Shown: piece by piece, positions 50,884 to 56,591 of the stretch
Numbering within the stretch: position 1 is the stretch's first letter
How the letters are laid out: each line of letters opens with the position of its first letter
Origin: an uncultured Mycoplasmatota bacterium
Lineage (GTDB): Bacteria; Bacillota_I; Bacilli_A; RF39; UBA660
NCBI GenBank assembly: GCA_948466315.1
Contig: CAOJZZ010000004.1
Coordinates: 1-56,591, forward strand
Direction of reading: 5' to 3'
DNA length: 56,591 nt
Notes under the pieces: model-generated
Told to the model about the DNA's origin: nothing
What the model saw: only the letters and a program-made list of their open reading frames with translations
Databases searched by the model: none
Program-made: the position numbers and the translations under genes

Positions 50884-52635
50884 ATGAATGATACAATTGG
50901 TCAAAAAGGGGACGTTAAAGATAAAAGAAGAACACTAATAATAACTAAAGAAAATAAAAGGAAATTACAAGAATATGAAAAAGATATTAAAGCAGAAGAA
51001 CTGCATCAATTAGAAAAAAATGTGAGAAACCTTCAATATATAACATTATTAAAAGCACTACCATTGGTCTTTGCTAAAGAAGTAGTAAAAACTATTATTC
51101 CAACATCTGATGCAAAAAAAGAAATATTAGATAGCGAAGAATCACTAGACCATATAAATAGTTCCAATTTATTCAAAGATAATTATAAGTATGTAACTAA
51201 CTCTTTAGGTAATAATAAAGAACCTATAGAAAAAATTGAAGACATAGATTCTTTATTTTTGGATGATAGTGAACAAGTAGTTGAAGATATAGAGCATATT
51301 TCTCAAGAAACATTAAAAGAAGATTTGAAAGAAGAATATCTAGAACCAGTATATCAAAATAGCAATAATATAAATAGTTTCTTAAATAAAAATTATTCCT
51401 ACGATAATCAAAATTCAGAAAAGTTATCTTACAAAGGTATTGATGAAACATCATATCCAAAAAAACAAGTCACTGAAGAAAAAGCATCCCCAAAAAGATA
51501 CCAAGTCGATATAAAGAAGCAAGAACAAGACAAAATTCCTATAAAAGAAGAATTAGATGATTTCTTAGAAGATAGTTTAGCAGCAGCTAATTTAGATAAA
51601 TTAACAAATCATAAAATAATTGATGAGTATGATAAAAAATTAAAAGATATTAGGGTTGATCTAAGAAAACTAATTTTTGAATATAATACTTTATTAGATG
51701 ATGCCTCACAACTATATACTTCTAAAGAGGCTGAAAAATTATTAAATAAACTAAATGAAATTATCAAAAAAGTAGAAGAACTGAAAAAAAAATTAGAGCT
51801 TCCTGATATTGATAAGTATGATGATAATTATTTATATACTTTAGTCAGTAATTATATGGAAGAGTTCAAAAATGAGAAATTTGCAGACGAAATAAAAGAC
51901 TCTGAATTATATATAACTATTTCTAAAAAATTAGAAGAATTGGATGAAAAAAAGGATATTTTAAAAAATAAGGTGGATAGCAGAAAAGAACATTTAGAAA
52001 TGGATGAGGAGCAATTTGCAGATATTAAAGAGAAGTATTTTGATTATCAAACCTTTAATGATAGACTACTACGTTTACAACAAGAACAAGAGCAATTACT
52101 TAATGATATTAATAAAAAAATAGCTCATTCCACTAATAGCTATGAGCGTGTTGTAGTTCAAGTAAAAACTATGGAGCGTCAAAGTAGAAAATTATTACAA
52201 TTATTGGCTATGCAGATGACCATTCCTGGCGCTAGGAGTGCAAAGGCCTTAGCAGCCACTGCCTTAACATTTATGTATTTTGCTAAAAGAATGATGAAGA
52301 CAACTACTAAAACCAAAAGATACAAGGTAGTTAAAGTAACAGATTATCAAATAGAAATTGAAAATAGTATTTCTAAATTAGACGATATTGTATCACTATT
52401 AAAGAAAAGTTCAGTTCAATTAGAAACTCTAATTAAAGAATTTAAAAATAAGTATCAAGAGTACTTTGGCATACTTCCTGAATGTGATCAGTTACTTGTT
52501 AATTTAGAAAAAGTAAAAGAAAATTTAAAGGAAAAAGAGTATGAAATAGAAAAAATCAAATTAGAGCAAGAAAGAAATTTAGCAAGAAACAATGAAAAAG
52601 TAAAATTATTAACTAAAGAAGAAGAAGTAATTTGA
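50884..52635 (+). CDS. Coiled-coil hypothetical protein
   Basis: E/K/L-rich heptads; no Mur-ligase motifs. Confidence 0.65.
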   Translation: MNDTIGQKGDVKDKRRTLIITKENKRKLQEYEKDIKAEELHQLEKNVRNLQYITLLKALPLVFAKEVVKTIIPTSDAKKEILDSEESLDHINSSNLFKDNYKYVTNSLGNNKEPIEKIEDIDSLFLDDSEQVVEDIEHISQETLKEDLKEEYLEPVYQNSNNINSFLNKNYSYDNQNSEKLSYKGIDETSYPKKQVTEEKASPKRYQVDIKKQEQDKIPIKEELDDFLEDSLAAANLDKLTNHKIIDEYDKKLKDIRVDLRKLIFEYNTLLDDASQLYTSKEAEKLLNKLNEIIKKVEELKKKLELPDIDKYDDNYLYTLVSNYMEEFKNEKFADEIKDSELYITISKKLEELDEKKDILKNKVDSRKEHLEMDEEQFADIKEKYFDYQTFNDRLLRLQQEQEQLLNDINKKIAHSTNSYERVVVQVKTMERQSRKLLQLLAMQMTIPGARSAKALAATALTFMYFAKRMMKTTTKTKRYKVVKVTDYQIEIENSISKLDDIVSLLKKSSVQLETLIKEFKNKYQEYFGILPECDQLLVNLEKVKENLKEKEYEIEKIKLEQERNLARNNEKVKLLTKEEEVI

Positions 52636-52719
52636 TGAAGAATGTAAAGTTTTGTCTAAATTTCTCGGATTATTCATAATCTGATTTGATTTATGATATA
52701 ATGTTGCAAGAGAAATGGA

Positions 52720-53709
52720 GTGAAAAACATGCTATTATTAACCAAAGCCGTTTTTGCAGTAATGATTGGTTTCTTATCAGCGACCGTTTTAGGTTTGTTT
52801 TTAATACCAATATTAAAGAAAATGCGTGTTGGACAGAAAATAAGCATCTTTGTAGGAGAGTCACATCGTAAAAAAGAGGGTACTCCCACCATGGGAGGTT
52901 TAATTTTTATATTACCAACAGTTATTACAACAATAGCCCTGATATTTATGGGTAAAATTCCTTATACCTCAAACTTAGGTATTGTCTTATTGGTCTTTAT
53001 TGGTTATGCCTGTATCGGTTTTTTAGATGATTTTTTATCAATTCATAAAGGAAATAATGAAGGTCTAACGACTTATCAAAAACTATTTATGCAAGTTTTA
53101 ATTGCTATCGGTTTTTTCTATATTTATATGAAAAGTGGTGGTCAAACCTCATGGGTAGTTGGTACACTACATATTGATATAGAATTAAGTTGGCTCTATG
53201 GCTTATGTATTTTATTTATTTTAGTAGGTGCTAGTAATGCAGTAAATTTAACTGATGGAGAAGATGGTTTAGCTGGGGGGTTATCTGCTATTGCTTTTAT
53301 TGCCTTTAGTTTGATATCTCTAACTGTAGGCTTCGAAGATATTGGTATCTTTGGTCTAATATTAGTAGGTAGCTTAATGGGTTTCTTAATTTACAATACT
53401 CATCCTGCTAAAGTATTTATGGGAGATACAGGTTCTCTTGCCTTAGGTGCTGTTATGGGGGCTATTGCTATCTTGACTCATAGAGAGTTAACTTTATTAG
53501 TAGTCGCTGGTATCTTTGTAATAGAAACCTTAAGTGTTATTATTCAAACGTTTTGGGTTCAAGTATTTAAACGAAAATTGTTTTTAATGACACCACTTCA
53601 TCATCATTTCGAAAAATTAGGTTGGATAGAAACTGATATAGTAAAATTATTTTGGGTATGCGGTCTGATATTAGCAATGGCTGGAATTATCTTTGGCGTT
53701 TGGTTATAA
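52720..53709 (+). CDS. mraY: Phospho-N-acetylmuramoyl-pentapeptide transferase
   Basis: K.GTPTMGG, GFLDD, NLTDG.DGL, VFMGDTGSL, PLHHHFE. Confidence 0.97.
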   Translation: MKNMLLLTKAVFAVMIGFLSATVLGLFLIPILKKMRVGQKISIFVGESHRKKEGTPTMGGLIFILPTVITTIALIFMGKIPYTSNLGIVLLVFIGYACIGFLDDFLSIHKGNNEGLTTYQKLFMQVLIAIGFFYIYMKSGGQTSWVVGTLHIDIELSWLYGLCILFILVGASNAVNLTDGEDGLAGGLSAIAFIAFSLISLTVGFEDIGIFGLILVGSLMGFLIYNTHPAKVFMGDTGSLALGAVMGAIAILTHRELTLLVVAGIFVIETLSVIIQTFWVQVFKRKLFLMTPLHHHFEKLGWIETDIVKLFWVCGLILAMAGIIFGVWL

Positions 53710-53771
53710 TTAAAAGTTCAACAATAGTTCTTTTTTTTTTACTTAAAAATATACTTTAATAAGGTGATAAA

Positions 53772-54767
53772 ATGAGTAAAAAGATGGATAAATTATTGTT
53801 TATAGCAGTCATTATATTATCACTATTTGGTCTAGTAATGATTTACTCAGCATCCAGTATTTGGGCTGAATATAAATTTAATGATAGTTTTCATTACCTA
53901 AAATATCAAGGGGCTTTTTTAGTTATCGGAATAATGATTTTACTATTGTTTTCAAAAATAAACTATGAAGTTTATCATAATAAATCAAACACTTTACTAC
54001 TAAGTTGTATTATTCTTTTGGTATTAGTATTAATACCTGGAATTGGTAGTGTAAGAAATGGTAGTAGGTCTTGGTTTGGAATCGGTCCTTTAGGTATTCA
54101 ACCCAGCGAATTTGCGAAATTAGCAGCCATCATTTTTGCTAGTAAATATTTATCTAATAGTAATAAATTTTTAAAAAGCTACAAAGAAGGCGTATTTCCT
54201 ATTTTAGGTATTACATTACTTTTATTTGGTTTAATCATGCTACAACCAGATTTAGGAACAGGAGTAATCCTAGTAATGTCTATTGTATCTTTACTATTTA
54301 TAGCAGGTGTAAATATGAAATTTTTCTTTGAAGTAGGCTTTTTAGGAGTAATAGGAATAGTGATTTTAATTATTATTGCTCCATATCGTATGGATAGAAT
54401 TACTTCTTTTATTGATCCGTGGAGTGATGCCTTAGGTACAGGCTTTCAAATTATTCAAAGTCTTTATGCCATTGGACCAGGAGGATTATTAGGTAATGGT
54501 TTTCAAAAATCAATTCAAAAACACTTTTATTTACCAGAACCACAAACAGATTTTATTTTTTCTATTATAGCCGAAGAATTTGGTGTAGTAGGAGCATTTA
54601 TTGTTGTAGGCCTTTTTTCAATAATACTTTGGCGTGGTATTAAAATAGCCTTAAATACCAAAGATGCCTTTGCTAAATATTTATCTTTTGGTATGATTTT
54701 TCAAATGATTTTTCAAACTCTCATGAATTTAATGGTTGTTATTGGAATGATACCAGTAACAGGGTAA
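53772..54767 (+). CDS. spoVE: SpoVE (SEDS) 5' fragment, cut at PVTG; lacks the LPF.SYGGSS C-terminus
   Basis: MIYSASSIWAEYKFNDSF, QPSEFAK, GFQIIQSLYAIGPGG, YLPEPQTDFIF; TAA directly after IPVTG. Confidence 0.88.
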   Translation: MSKKMDKLLFIAVIILSLFGLVMIYSASSIWAEYKFNDSFHYLKYQGAFLVIGIMILLLFSKINYEVYHNKSNTLLLSCIILLVLVLIPGIGSVRNGSRSWFGIGPLGIQPSEFAKLAAIIFASKYLSNSNKFLKSYKEGVFPILGITLLLFGLIMLQPDLGTGVILVMSIVSLLFIAGVNMKFFFEVGFLGVIGIVILIIIAPYRMDRITSFIDPWSDALGTGFQIIQSLYAIGPGGLLGNGFQKSIQKHFYLPEPQTDFIFSIIAEEFGVVGAFIVVGLFSIILWRGIKIALNTKDAFAKYLSFGMIFQMIFQTLMNLMVVIGMIPVTG

Positions 54768-54976
54768 GTCCTGCTAAGTAACTGAAAACGACAATGAAAA
54801 TAAACCTTTATTTTATAAGGTATTTAGAGAACCTAATAAAAATATAAAAGATAAAAAATTGACAAAAAAGTAAAAGTACATTAAAATATAAAATTTTGCA
54901 GATAAAAAATGGGGGTAATTTTACCATTACTGCAAAGAAGTTGATTTGAGCAATACCAAAGATACCTCACATATTT

Positions 54977-55545
54977 TTGGAGGAAATAATGATAAGAAAA
55001 ATTGATGTAGGAAGTGTTTTTGGTACTGCCCAAAGAACTAGTTATGAATATATGAAATTACTAAAAGAAAAACATAAGGATGGACTTCACTCTTTACCTT
55101 TTGCTCATCATGAATCTAAGGTTGTTATGTATGAGTCAAATAAAATATATATTAATGGAGGAATAATTGATAATGAAATTATTACCCCTATATCTAATAG
55201 GAAATATTATAAAGAAAATTTAGATAAAATAGAAATTAGAAATAAAAACTTTTATTTTCTGTTAAAGATGATGGCTATATCTGTATATTTTATCACATGG
55301 CAAAAAATGAAAATGATATTAGTAATTCTTCTAAAAATCAATATTTTAGAAAAAGTGAAATGCAAAATTATTTTGATCCAAGAATATGGTAAATTATAAC
55401 TATAATAGAAAATAATCACAATACTAATCATAATGGTCATCCTTATCATAAGAAAAATCACGAATATAGAATAGGACATATTTTTGCTAGGAAGAAAAAT
55501 AATTGTTTGGTACATAAATATTTCTATGAAATAACCTTACTTTAA
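54977..55545 (+). pseudogene. Degraded hypothetical gene
   Basis: Protein-like sequence appears to continue in another frame after about 55250 with an internal stop. Confidence 0.35.
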
Positions 55546-55853
55546 AATCATGATTTGATAACTAATATAAAGAAGTTACCATTCAAGCAATTAGAGGTCA
55601 TTGCATGAATATATTTGATAAAAATTATAAGAAAAAAGAGAAAGATATTATAAAATTTTCCCATACTATATTATTATCAAAATTATTGCTTTTAAATTAT
55701 GAATATAATGGTAAAACTATAACAGATTTTGAAAAAATAGAATTTGAGAAATAATTTTTTGCTCATTAACTACTATATAAATAAGAGTAAAAAATGTTAT
55801 AATGTATCTAACAGACAAATAGTAAGTTTGTTGAAATGATTGGAGATGTAATT

Positions 55854-56489
55854 ATGGCTTTTGATTATAAGAAAGAATATAAGGAATTTTATATGCCTAA
55901 GAATAAACCTAGTATTGTTGAAATTCCTAAAATGAATTATATTGCAGTTAGAGGACAAGGAAATCCAAATGATGAAAATGGAGATTATAAAAATACAATA
56001 GGTTTATTATATAATGTTGCTTATACAATTAAAATGAGTTATAAAGGTACTCATAAAATAGACGGCTTTTTTGAATATGTTGTTCCTCCATTAGAGGGAT
56101 TTTGGTGGCAGGAAAATACAAAAGGAATGGATTATAATAGAAAAGATGATATGAAATTTATTTCTATAATTAGATTGCCAGATTTTGTAACAAAAGAAGA
56201 TTTTATTTGGGCTACCCAAGAAGCAACAAAGAAAAAGAAACAAGACTTTTCAAGAGTTGAATTTTTAACTTATGATGAGGGGATTTGTGTTCAATGTATG
56301 CACAATGGTAGTTATGATGATGAACCTGCTACTGTTGAATTAATGCACAAATATATGAAAGAAAATGGATATGAATTAGATATAACAGATACTAGATACC
56401 ATCACGAAATATATTTAAGTGATCCAAGAAAATGCGATGTAAGTAAATTAAAGACAGTAATAAGACATCCAATTAAAAAGATTAAATAA
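55854..56489 (+). CDS. GyrI-like small-molecule-binding protein
   Basis: DYKKEYKEFY.P, PLEGFWW, CVQCMH.GSYD.EP, HHEIYLSDPR. Confidence 0.88.
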   Translation: MAFDYKKEYKEFYMPKNKPSIVEIPKMNYIAVRGQGNPNDENGDYKNTIGLLYNVAYTIKMSYKGTHKIDGFFEYVVPPLEGFWWQENTKGMDYNRKDDMKFISIIRLPDFVTKEDFIWATQEATKKKKQDFSRVEFLTYDEGICVQCMHNGSYDDEPATVELMHKYMKENGYELDITDTRYHHEIYLSDPRKCDVSKLKTVIRHPIKKIK

Positions 56490-56522
56490 TTACAAATTAC
56501 AAGTCAATTTAGGAGAGTAAGT

Positions 56523-56591
56523 ATGAAAAGGAAAGGGTTAATTATAATTGGCATTCTCACAATATTATTAGCATTTATGGATATAAGTGGA
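56523..56591 (+). CDS. 3'-partial membrane/secreted protein
   Basis: SD AGGAG; MKRKGLIIIGILTILLAFMDISG to the window end. Confidence 0.5.
   Translation, partial: MKRKGLIIIGILTILLAFMDISG

Larger units (their letters stand above)
54765..56591 (+). mobile_element. Left end of a probable third intervening element, in spoVE
   Basis: Abrupt loss of SEDS coding; accessory genes with their own promoter (TTGACA-17-TAAAAT, 54859-54887) where the spoVE 3' end and murG are expected; right end not in window. Confidence 0.6.

Noticed and set aside
53250-53275. MraY NLTDGEDGL instead of the usual DGLDGL
   Set aside because: Single substitution with both Asp residues retained; no further evidence of altered function
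54912-54944. GGG GTA ATT TTA CCA TTA CTG (GVILPLL) as the missing spoVE 3' end
   Set aside because: Continues QRS-stop with no SYGGSS; better explained by the local hairpin
5821-55515. Numerous 60-110-aa antisense or alternate-frame ORFs in the track (e.g. 5821, 11689, 14483, 22344, 41549, 49364, 52686, 55252)
   Set aside because: They overlap well-supported or likely genes, lack SD or motifs and have shadow-ORF composition

Overview
Very AT-rich chromosomal segment from a Bacillota genome (standard code, TGA = stop). The gene set suggests an uncultured sporulating Bacilli/RF39-like gut lineage; this is inference. Housekeeping genes: lepA, hemW, def, ftsW, comEA/EC, dnaI, T-box-thrS, and a rearranged dcw cluster (mraZ-rsmH-ftsL-pbpB ... 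spoVD ... mraY-spoVE). Main result: the spore-cortex PBP gene spoVD is cut into three pieces (38433-39476, 45949-46146, 50090-50752) by two tandem, phage-free elements of 6472 bp and 3943 bp. Each element is built as attL, SigA-type promoter, secreted cargo gene, terminator, tiny ORF, large serine recombinase, attR. Removing both at the centres of their terminal inverted repeats (dinucleotides AA and CA) rebuilds an in-frame 634-aa SpoVD preceded by a SigE-type promoter. The partner gene spoVE is also cut off mid-motif (PVTG|) by foreign DNA that runs out of the window. This points to a multi-step, skin-like programmed gene-assembly system on the SpoVD/SpoVE cortex synthase. Second result: two paralogous surface-protein genes have C-terminal NNC-rich regions that look like remote diversity-generating-retroelement (DGR) targets; no template repeat or reverse transcriptase is in the window.
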